From assembly GCA_963826605.1 (NCBI GenBank), contig CAWGXN010000003.1, forward strand, positions 115,109 to 179,108: a DNA stretch of 64,000 nt, read 5' to 3'. Shown here one piece after another: positions 1 to 9,166 of the stretch. Below the pieces are notes generated by a model. It had not been told where the DNA came from, made no database searches, and saw only the letters and a program-made list of their open reading frames with translations. The DNA is from an uncultured Alphaproteobacteria bacterium. Lineage in GTDB: Bacteria; Pseudomonadota; Alphaproteobacteria; MPNO01; DASWLB01. A program made the position numbers and the translations under genes. Within the stretch, counting starts at the first letter, position 1, and every line of letters starts with the position of its first letter.

Positions 1-982
1 GCCACGCCCGCGCGCAGGCAGTCATGGATGTGCAGGATGCCGACCGGCCGGCCGCGCTCGACGGCGAACAGGCTGGTGATCTTGTTCTCGTTCATGGTGC
101 GCAGCGCCTGGGCGGCCAGCAGCTCGGGCACGACGGTGCGTGGCCGGGCCGTCATCACCTCGGCCGCGCGGCGCCCGATCAGCCCGTCGTTCATGTGCCG
201 GCGCAGATCGCCGTCGGTGATGATGCCGATCAGCTTGCCCGGCGTCGTCGACGATGCCGACGCAGCCGAAGCTCTTCGCCGTCATGGTGACCAGCACGTC
301 CGACATCGGCGCGTCGCGGCGCGGCGAGCGGCGTCTCCTCGCCCGCATGCATGATGTCGGACACCTTGATGAAGCGCCTTCCGAGCTGGCCGCCCGGGTG
401 CAGCGCCTGGAAATCGTCGGCCTTGAAGCCGTGGCGCTGCAGCAGCGCGACGGCGATGCGCGTCGCCCAGCACCATCATCGCCGTGGTCGACGAGGTGGG
501 CGCGAGGTCGAGCGGGCAGGCCTCGCGCACGCCGGCCAGCACCAGCGCTGACGTCGGCGGCGCGCGCCAGGGCGCTGGTCGCCTTGCCGGTGACCGCGAT
601 CAGCTTGATCGCCGTGGCGGCGCGTGTGGGCGACGATATCGGAAAGCTCCGGCGTCTCGCCCGAGTTGGAGAGCGCGATCACGCAGTCGTCGGCCGTGAT
701 CATGCCGAGGTCGCCGTGGCTCGCCTCGCCGGGATGGACGTAGAGGGCGGGGGTGCCGGTGGAGGCCAGCGTCGCCGCCACCTTGCGCGCCACGTGGCCC
801 GACTTGCCCATGCCGGTGACGACGACCCGCCCGCGCGTCGCCGACAGCGCATCCAGCGCCGCGACGAAGGCGCCGTCGAGCGCGCCGGCCAGGCGTCTCA
901 GCCCCTCGATCTCGATCTCCACGACACGCAGCGCCTCGGCGATGTCGGGATCGGTCGCCGTATCCTGGGAAAGGGGCTTCAT
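1..982 (-). pseudogene. kpsF: KpsF/GutQ-type arabinose-5-phosphate isomerase (SIS + CBS domains); frame interrupted several times; 3' end at or just beyond the window edge
   Basis: ATG at 982 (MKPLSQDT..). SIS motifs VVTGMGKSGHVARK and IALSNSGETPEL lie in ORF 476..1861(-). The protein continues in other frames as REACPLDLAPTSSTTAMMVLGDA (282..542-) and the CBS-like MSDVLVTMTAKSFGCVGIVDD (22..348-). By-eye translation ends ..RPVGILHIHDCLRAGVA at base 1. About five frame changes, near 612, 545, 470, 325 and 240. Confidence 0.8.
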
Positions 983-1092
983 GGCCTCCGCATGGTTCGC
1001 TTGGGGCCCCGCTGCGCCGCAGCCCAATTCATGGGCAATATGAGCCGCCACCCCGAATCCGTCAATTGCGCCGGATTTCCAAGGGGCGGCGC

Positions 1093-2489
1093 CTACCGCT
1101 TCGCCTTGCCGCTTTCGAGGGCGGCGGGGACGCCCGCCTTCTTGAGTGCCGCCGCTTGGCGCTTCGCGAGGGCGGCGGTCTCGAAGCCGCGCGTCAGCTC
1201 GTGGAACAGGCGGTGCCAGTTGATCTCGGCCTAAAGGTGCATGAACACCGAGCCGAGCCCGATGGCCGCGCGGTCCATCAGCACGAACTCGCGCGGCGGC
1301 GTGACGCCGCCCAGCTCGCGCAGCTTGCGGTGCACCTTGCCCGCGACCTCGGCGCCGTACATGCCCTCCTTGTCCTGGATCGGCCGGCGGCGGTTCTCCA
1401 GCAGCGGCCCGTAGAGGAACGCCGCCCACATGTTGAGGATCTCGATCACCTCGTGCGACAGGTTCTTGAAGCCCCAGGTCTCGTAGGCGTGCACGGCGAG
1501 GTCGTGGTCGCCCTTGTCGAGCGCGTTGTAGAGGTCGATCACCCCCTGCACGAAGGCCGGCGGGAAGACGCGGATGCAGCCGAAATCGAGCAGGTTCACC
1601 GCGCCGTCGGGCGGTGACCGAGTAGTTGCCGAGGTGCGGGTCGCCGTGGATCACGCCGTAATTGTAGAAGGGCACGTACCAGGCGCGGAACATGTTGTGG
1701 GCGACCTGGTTGCGGAAGGCTTGCGGCGCGTCCTTGATCTCGAGCAGGCGCTTGCCCTCGAGCCAGGTCATGGTGAGCAGGCGCCCGGTCGACAGAGCCG
1801 GCACCGGCTCGGGCACGTGGACGCCGCTCTCCTTCGCCAGCATGTCGCGGTACAGCATCATGTGCTTCGCCTCGCGCTCGTAATCGAGCTCCTCGCGCAG
1901 CCGGTCGGAGATCTCGGCGTGGATCTGCGACGGGTCGATCGCCTTGTCGTAGCGGCGATAGAGCCGCGAAGACGAGGCGGAGCTGGCGCAGGTCGGCCTC
2001 CACGGCCGAGGCCATGTCGGGGTATTGCAGCTTGCAGGCGAGCGCGCGCCCGTCGCGTCCGAGCGCCTTGTGCACCTGGCCGAGCGAGGCGGCGGCCGCG
2101 GCCTCGCGCTCGAAGGACTTGAACTTCTTCTCCCAGTCCGGGCCCAGCTCGGCCGCCATGCGCCGGCGCACGAACAGCCAGCCCATCGCCGGCGCGTTGG
2201 ACTGGAGCTGCGAGAGCTCGGCGGTGTATTCGGCGGGCAGCATGTCGGGCACGGTCGACATGATCTGCGCCACCTTCATCAGCGGCCCCTTGAGCCCGCC
2301 GAGCGCGGCGCGCAGATCGCTCGGCGTTGCGCTGGCGGTCGGCGGGGCGGCCGAGATAGCCGCTCGCCCGCCAGCCGCGCCGCGATGCCGCCGACGGCGG
2401 TGCCGACCCGGGCATAGCGACCGATGCGGCCGGTCAGGCGGTCGGCGTCCGCGTCGTGGCGCGGCGCGCGAGGGGTGTCGCTCGGCCAC
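1093..2489 (-). pseudogene. ABC1/UbiB-family atypical protein kinase; about 3 frameshifts plus an in-frame TAG; start codon uncertain
   Basis: The fragments join in order: ..GRIGRYARVGTAVGGIAARLAG.. / LKGPLMKVAQIMSTVPDMLPAEY..LGQVHKA..LACKLQYPDM (1596..2879-) / ..LDYEREAKHMMLYRDML..VIHGDPHLGNY (476..1861-) / NLLDFGCIRVFPP..GLGSVFMHL (1231..1599-). After the TAG at 1231-1233 the same frame continues AEINWHRLFHELTRGFETAAL..GKAKR to a stop at 1093. Confidence 0.75.
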
Positions 2490-4283
2490 TAGGCGAGACC
2501 TTCCAGCTCGTCGATCAGCCCCTCGATCACGCCGAGCCCGCGCGACCAGAAGGCGGGATCGGACGCGTCGAGCCCGAACGGCGCCAGCAGCTCCTTGTGG
2601 CGCTGCGTGCCGCCGGCGCGCAGCATGTCGAGATATTTCCGCGCGAACCCCTCGTGCGCGTCGGCATAGAGGGCGTAGAGCGAGTTCACCAGGCAGTCGC
2701 CGAACGCATAGGCATAGACGTAGAACGGCGAGTGGATGAAGTGCGGGATGTAGGTCCAGTAGGTGCGGTAATCGTCGTCGAACCGGATGGCGGGGCCCAG
2801 GCTTTCGCCCTGCACGTCCATCCAGATCGGCGCAGATCTCGTCGGCCGTCAGCTCGCCCTCGCGCCGCTTCTCGTGCACGCGCGGACTCGAAATTGTAGA
2901 AGGCGATCTGGCGGATCACCGTGTTGATCATGTCCTCGACCTTGGAGGCGAGCATCACCTTGCGCTGCGCCGGGTTGGTCTCGGCGGCGAGCAGCGCGCG
3001 GAAGGTCAGCATCTCGCCGAACACCGAGGCGGTCTCGGCGAGCGTCAGCGGCGTCTGCGACATCAGCTGGCCGCGCGGCGCCGCCAGCACCTGGTGCACG
3101 CCGTGGCCGAGCTCGTGGGCGAGCGTCATCACGTCGCGCACGCGCCCCTGGTAGTTGAGCAGCAGATAGGGGTGCGCCGACGGCACGGTCGGGTGGGCGA
3201 AGGCGCCCGAAGCCTTGCCCGGCCGCGCCGGCGCGTCGATCCAGGCATTGTCGAAGAAGCGCCGGCCGACCTCGGCCATCTCCGGCGCGAAGCCGGCATA
3301 GGCGCCGAGCACGATGTCGCGCGCCCGGTCCCACGGCACGAGGCGGTCCTCGCCCTCGGGCAGCGGCGCGTTGCGGTCCCAGTAGTCGAGCGCGTCCTTG
3401 CCGAACCACCTGGCCTTCATGCGGTAATAGCGGTGCGACAGGCGCGGATAGGCGTCGCGGACCGCGGCGACCAGCGCGTCGACCACCTCGTCCTCGACCA
3501 GGTTGGCGAGGTTGCGGGCCGATTGCGGGCGCGGGTAGTGGCGCCAGCGATCCTCGATCTCCTTGTCCTTGGCGAGCGTGTTGGTGATGTGGGCGAACAG
3601 GCGCAAATTCCTGGCGAATACCTGGCCCAGCGCTTTCGCCGCGGCGCGGCGCTTCTTCGCATCGGGCTCGCACATCAGATGCAGCGTCTCGGCGACCGGT
3701 CAGTTCCTTGCCGTCGACCGTGAAGCGCAGCGCCGCCTCGGTCTCGTCGAACAGCCGCACCCATGCGGCGCGGCCGGACACGCTCTTCTCGTGCAGCAGC
3801 CGCTCGAGATCCTCGGCCAGCTCGTGCGGGCGGAAGGCGCGCACGTCGCGCAGCCACGGCGCGTAATGGGCGAGCGCCGGATCGGCGAGCCGCGCCTCGA
3901 GCGCGTCGTCGTCGATCTTGTTGATCTCGAGGGTCAGGAAGATCAGGTCCGACGAGATGGCGTTCACCCGCTCCTGCACGGTCTGGTAGAAGCGGCCGAT
4001 CTCCGGGCTCGACACGTCGCCGGAATGGAGCAGCCCGGCATAGCTCGCCAGGCGCGACAAGGTCTCGTCGATCGTCTCATAGCGCGCGATGGCGGCGGCG
4101 AGCGCGGCGCCGTCCAGGTCGGCCACCTTGCCGCGATAGGACGCGCGGAACATCGGCGACCTCGCCCGCCATGCGGTCGAGGTCGGCGGCGATCTCGGGG
4201 CTTTGCGGGCCTGGATAAAGGTCCGCCAGGTCCCACTCGGGCAGCGTGCCGAGGGTGCGGGGCTTCGCTGCGGACTTGGCCAT
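2489..4283 (-). pseudogene. pepF: Oligoendopeptidase F (M3B metallopeptidase); about 4 frameshifts
   Basis: The N-terminus MAKSAAKPRTLGTLPEWDLADLYP starts at ATG 4283. The middle part is in ORF 2849..4336(-). The HELGH zinc motif (TLAHELGHGVH) is in ORF 2686..3675(-). The C-terminus ..YVYAYAFGDCLVNSLY..ELEGLA is in ORF 2489..2821(-). Frame changes lie near 4160, 3700, 2885 and 2828. Confidence 0.85.
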
Positions 4284-4399
4284 GGGTGACTCCTCGTTCT
4301 CTGCGAGGATATAAGAAACCGTACGCCCGGCGCCAACGCCGTGGTGCTCCGCGTCCACCGACAGGCTCAGGATGAGGCGCGCCCAGCAGACGGAATCCC

Positions 4400-6191
4400 A
4401 TGCCTGAGGAAATCTGGCCCAGCCTTCCCGCCCTGTTCTTCGCGCGGGCGGCGCGGGAGGGCGACGCGCCCTTCCTGTGGGCGCAAGCGCGCGGGCGAAT
4501 TCCACCCGACGAGCTGGCGCGCGGCGGCGGGCGAGGCGGCGTCGCTCGCCACGGCGCTGGCCGCGCTCGGCGTCGAGCCGGGCGACCGGGTCGCGCTGGT
4601 CTCCGAGAACCGGCCGGAATGGCCGATCGCCGACCTCGCCATCATGACGGCGGGCGCGATCACCGTTCCCGGCTACACCACCAACGGGCCCGACGACCAC
4701 CGCTACTTCCTCAGCCATTCGGGCGCGAAGGGGGTGATCGTTTCGACGGCTGCGCTGGCGCGGCGCCTCGCCCCGGCGCTCGCGGCGGCGACCGAGGCGG
4801 GCTTCGTCGTGGTGATCGAGGACGAGGCAGGGCTCGCTTTGCCGCAGCACGTGGCGGTGCATCGCTGGGACGGCGCTGGTCGCGGCGCACCGGGCCGCGC
4901 CCGATGCGGGAGGCGGGATGGCCGCGCCGCTCCGGCGCACGGACACGGCGTGCCTGATCTACACCTCGGGCACGGGCGGGCTGCCCAAGGGGGTGATGCT
5001 GAGCCACGGCGCGGTGCTCGCCAATTGCGAGGGCGCGCGCGACGCGCTCGCCTCCCTCCTAAGCGGGCGCGAGCGGTTCCTGTCGTTCCTGCCGCTGTCG
5101 CATTCCTACGAGCACACGGCCGGCCAGTTCTTCCCGATCCTGATCGGCGCGGAGATCTTCTATTCCGACGCCGAGTCGCTGACCGCCGACCTGGTCGCGG
5201 TGCGCCCGACCATCATGACCGCCGTGCCGCGCCTCTACGAGGTGATGCACGACCGCATCCGCCGCGGCGTGGCCAAGAAGGGCGGTCTCGCGGCGCGGCT
5301 GTTCGCGCAGGCGGTCGACGCTGGGCACGGCGCGCTACCGACGGGCACGCTGGGGCCGGGCGCGCGCTTCGTCGACTTCGCCTGCGAGGCGCTGGTCCGG
5401 CGCAAGGTGCGCGCCGGCTTCGGCGGCAGGCTCAAGGCGCTGGTCTCGGGCGGCGCGCCCCTCAACCCCGAGATCGGCGTGTTCTTCACCGCGCTGGGGC
5501 TGCGCATCCTGCAGGGCTACGGCCAGACCGAGTCCGCGCCGGTGATCAGCGTCAACCGCCCCGGCGCAAACCGGATGGACACGGTCGGCCCGCCGCTCGA
5601 CGGGCGTCGAGCTGCGCATCGCCGAGGACGGCGAAATCCTGGTCCGCGGCGAGCTGGTGATGCAGGGCTACTGGAACGACCCGGCGGCGACGGCGGCCGG
5701 CGGTGCGCGACGGCTGGCTGCACACCGGCGACGTCGGCGTGATCGAGCCGGACGGCCAGCTTCGCATCACCGACCGCAAGAAGGACATCATCGTGCTGTC
5801 GGGCGGCGACAACGTGGCGCCGCAGCGCGTCGAGGGGCTGCTCACCCTCGCGCCCGAGATCGCCCAGGCGATGGTCTATGGCGACAAGCGCCCGCATCTG
5901 GTCGCGCTGATCGCGCCCGACCACGCCTTCGCCGCCGAATGGGCGCGCGCGCATGGCGGGCCGCGCGAGCCCGCCGCGGCGATCGAGGAGCCCGCCTTCC
6001 GCGAGGTGATCGCGGCGGCGGTCGAGCGGGTCAACCGCCAGCTCTCGCCGATCGAGCGGGTGCGGCGCTTTGCGCTGACGCCCGACGGGTTTACCATCGA
6101 GAACGGCATGATGACGCCGACGCTGAAGCCGCGGCGCGCGGCCATCGTCGCGCGCTACGGCCCGGTCTTCGAAGGGCTCTATCGCGGCTGA
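4400..6191 (+). pseudogene. Long-chain acyl-CoA synthetase / AMP-dependent ligase; about 4 frameshifts
   Basis: The protein starts MPEEIWPSLPALFFARAAREGDAPFLW at 4400. The AMP-binding motif is ACLIYTSGTGGLPKGVMLSH. The later motifs are GYGQTESAP, WLHTGDVG and MMTPTLKPRR. The pieces lie in ORFs 4400.., 4341.., 4918.., 5657.. and 5703..6191. Frame changes lie near 4485, 4872, 5603 and 5700. Confidence 0.8.
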
Positions 6192-6207
6192 TGAAAGGGG
6201 AGACGGA

Positions 6208-6912
6208 ATGGCAGGGAAAGAGATCGCGCTGATCGTCGGCGCCGGGCCGAACCTCTCGGCCTCGATCGCCCGCCTGTTCGCGAAGGAGGGCATGTCCATC
6301 GCCCTCGCCGCGCGCAACGTGGGCAAGCTCGCCGACCTGGTGAAGGAGACGGGCGCCAAAACCTACGCCTGCGACGTGACCGGCACGGCGCAGGTGGCGA
6401 AGCTGTTCCAGTCCGTCGAGGCCGATCTCGGCGTGCCGGACGTGGTGGTCTACAACTCGTCCGGCCGGGTGCGCGGGCCGATCACCGAGTGCGACCCCGA
6501 GGCGGTGGCGGCGGCCGTGCGCGTCACCGCGTTCGGCGGGTTCCTGGTGGCGCGCGAGGCGGCGACGCGCATGCTCAAGCGGGGCTCGGGCACCATCCTG
6601 TTCACCGGCGCCTCGGCCAGCGTGAAGGGCTACGCCAACTCGTCGGTGTTCGCGATGGGCAAGTTCGGGCTGCGCGGCCTCGCCCAGGCGCTCGCGCGCG
6701 AGCTGCACCCGCAGAACGTCCATGTCGGCCACGTCGTGATCGACGGCGGCATCTCGAAGGACGGGGCGAACCGCCCCGGCGCGCCCGACCGCGGCCCCGA
6801 CGGATGGCTGCACCCGGACGAGATCGCCAAGGCCTATCTCAACCTGCACCGCCAGCACCGCTCGACCTGGGCGTGGGAGATCGAGCTCCGCCCCTGGGTC
6901 GAGAAGTTCTGA
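6208..6912 (+). CDS. Short-chain dehydrogenase/reductase (SDR) family oxidoreductase
   Basis: Intact 234-aa ORF with an N-terminal Rossmann-type IALIVGAGPNLSASIARLFAKEG and a SASVKG..AMGKFGLRGLAQALAREL catalytic region. It starts 17 bp after the preceding gene. Confidence 0.85.
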   Translation: MAGKEIALIVGAGPNLSASIARLFAKEGMSIALAARNVGKLADLVKETGAKTYACDVTGTAQVAKLFQSVEADLGVPDVVVYNSSGRVRGPITECDPEAVAAAVRVTAFGGFLVAREAATRMLKRGSGTILFTGASASVKGYANSSVFAMGKFGLRGLAQALARELHPQNVHVGHVVIDGGISKDGANRPGAPDRGPDGWLHPDEIAKAYLNLHRQHRSTWAWEIELRPWVEKF

Positions 6913-7029
6913 GCCGCCCCGCCCGTCATCCCGGGCGCGGCGCAGCACGGAATGATGCGGCGGCCAGCCCCACCCCCTCCCCGACACGCCGGGAACGAGG
7001 ATGAGGGTGGCCGCCGCAGGACGCCTATT

Positions 7030-7524
7030 TCAGCAAAGCCGCGTGATATGGGTCCCGCAGTCGCGGACGATATGTGCGAGGCGGTTCAACAGCCGGAGCG
7101 CGAAGGTCCCGTGCTCGCGGACGATCGCGAGCAGCTCCTCCGGCGGCAGCACCGCGACCAGCGTTCGCTCGACCGCCCAGACGGACGCCGTGCGCGGCTG
7201 GTCGCCAAGCACGGCGAGCTCGCCGAATATCTCTCCTGCCTCGAGGTCGGCGTGCACGACGCTGCCGCCCGATGCCGTTCCGTTGACGACGCGAACGCGC
7301 CCGTGAACGACGAAGAACACGTCGCGACGTCCGTCCTTCGGGTCGACGATCGCCTGCCCGGCGTCGTAGTGGACCCACTGGCACGAACTCTCGATCCGGC
7401 GCCGAACCTCGTCGAGACCATCGAACAAGGGGAAGCCGGCCAACAACTCGCCCGCAAAGCGTGCAATAAAGTGAGGACTACCACTACCGGGGGTGGACCC
7501 GCGAATGTTGGTGGACTGTGGCAT
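7030..7524 (-). CDS. Cyclic-nucleotide-binding domain protein (no HTH domain evident)
   Basis: Intact 164-aa ORF with a cNMP-binding signature ..GEIFGELAVLGDQPRTASVWA... A GGAGG-type SD lies upstream of ATG 7524. Confidence 0.8.
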   Translation of the reverse strand: MPQSTNIRGSTPGSGSPHFIARFAGELLAGFPLFDGLDEVRRRIESSCQWVHYDAGQAIVDPKDGRRDVFFVVHGRVRVVNGTASGGSVVHADLEAGEIFGELAVLGDQPRTASVWAVERTLVAVLPPEELLAIVREHGTFALRLLNRLAHIVRDCGTHITRLC

Positions 7525-7652
7525 TTTCCTCTCGCCTCCTGGGGCGCGGCTTGAATGCCGCTTGCCCCTATAAAGGCAAGTGGATCGTCAACCCTCGAAC
7601 GAAAGCGACATTTGTCGCAAAGCCCGCACATTCCGGCGCAGTGATCGTCTGG

Positions 7653-9014
7653 CTATACCCGCACCACCGCCGTCTCGCCCTCGACGGCGAGGTCGGTGCC
7701 GTGGCGGGCCGACAGGCGGCGGACGCGCTCGAGGATGCTGGCGGCGACCTCGCCCCGGGCGAGCAGCGGCCGGCCGCGCGCCGCACGCGGGCGCCCGTGG
7801 CCGAGGTCGAGCGGGTGGAGGCGGAGCCCGGCGAGGGCGCTCCCCTCGAACGCGACCTCGGCGAGCAGCCCGTGCCAGTATTCCGCCGCGGCGGGGAAGC
7901 CGCGCGTCTCGCCCCCGGTGCGGGCATCGAGGAAGTCGGTCGGGGTCGCCAGATGGTCGAGCCCGAAGCGCTGGTAGGACTCGGCGGGAAAGACCGGGAC
8001 GTTGTCGTTCTGGAACACGAAATTGCCGAGCGAATAGAGGATCGGCCGGCCCTTGTGAATCTCGATGCCCAGCGTCAGATGCGGGCCGTGCATCGCCACC
8101 ACGTCGGCGCCCGCCTCGATCGCCTCGCGCGCGAATTGCACGGCGAAGCTGGCCGGCTCCTCCAGCCCCACGCTGGTCTCGGCCGTGAGCCGGCCGGCGG
8201 GGCCGAACTCGTGGTTGTGGAACGAGAACACCACCCAGTCCGCCTGGCGGCGCGCCTCGGCGATCCAGCGCAAGATGGCGTCTGCGTCGGGGCGGTTGAC
8301 GCGCGTGTCCACCGCGAACCCGTCGCCGCGCCGGAAGCGCGCGCCGAGGAAGGTGATCTCGTCCGCGCTGTCGGACGGCGCCTCGGACGCGGAGAAGAAC
8401 ATCGCCCGGTGGCGCGTGCGCTCGGCGGCGAAGCCCAGCTTCTCGCTCATTGCGGCCAGCGCGGCGAAGGACGGCGCGTCCACCGTGTAGGTCGCGGCGA
8501 AGCCCAGCGGGTTGATGCCCGGCCGGCCGCGCGCGTCGGGTCGCTGGTCGGCGGCGCGGGTCCATGCCGGAAAGAACGAGGTGGCGGCGATCAAGGCCAC
8601 CCGCCCCGCCGCGGTGTCCAGATAGGCCGGCCGGCGCGCCTCGGCGAGGTTCGTCCCCGCCCCGGCGGCCGGCAGGCGCGCGCGGCGCAGATGGGCGAGC
8701 ATGGCGGCCAGACCGTCCGGCCCGTAATCGGTGGCGTGGTTGTTGGCGACCGATACCAGCCCGATCCCCATCCAGCGTAGATCCTCGATGAGTGCGGGCG
8801 GGGTCGACATGGGCGTGCCCTGGGTCAGGTTGGGCGTGCCCTCGTGCTCGTCGCGCACCGTGGTCTCGAGGTTGGCGAAGCCCGCGTCGGCGCCGCGGAT
8901 CAGCGTGACCAGCGCGCGGTAGTCGGGCTCGTCGAACGCGTCGAGCCGGCGGGCCGGCATGGCGTCCCCGGCGAGCGCCAGGCGGATATTGCGCTTCTCG
9001 GAGCGATAGACCAT
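7653..9014 (-). CDS. CapA-family (poly-gamma-glutamate synthesis-type) metallophosphoesterase
   Basis: Starts at MVYRSEKRNIRLALAGDAM (internal Met of ORF 7653..9173). Family motifs are LAGD, ANLETTV, SVANNHATDYG and AMHGPH. The frame is intact over 453 aa. Confidence 0.85.
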   Translation of the reverse strand: MVYRSEKRNIRLALAGDAMPARRLDAFDEPDYRALVTLIRGADAGFANLETTVRDEHEGTPNLTQGTPMSTPPALIEDLRWMGIGLVSVANNHATDYGPDGLAAMLAHLRRARLPAAGAGTNLAEARRPAYLDTAAGRVALIAATSFFPAWTRAADQRPDARGRPGINPLGFAATYTVDAPSFAALAAMSEKLGFAAERTRHRAMFFSASEAPSDSADEITFLGARFRRGDGFAVDTRVNRPDADAILRWIAEARRQADWVVFSFHNHEFGPAGRLTAETSVGLEEPASFAVQFAREAIEAGADVVAMHGPHLTLGIEIHKGRPILYSLGNFVFQNDNVPVFPAESYQRFGLDHLATPTDFLDARTGGETRGFPAAAEYWHGLLAEVAFEGSALAGLRLHPLDLGHGRPRAARGRPLLARGEVAASILERVRRLSARHGTDLAVEGETAVVRV

Positions 9015-9166
9015 CTTCCCCCCGCCCTGCGACACTTTGCGTCGCGCCCGGCGCAGCATTTCGCCCAGGCGCGCGTTACATAGCTCGAGTCGTAATCCCG
9101 CGCCCGCCCCGGGGGCAAGCGTCGGCGCGGGCCGATCCCCAAGAGCCCGAGGCGGCCGAACCCAGC

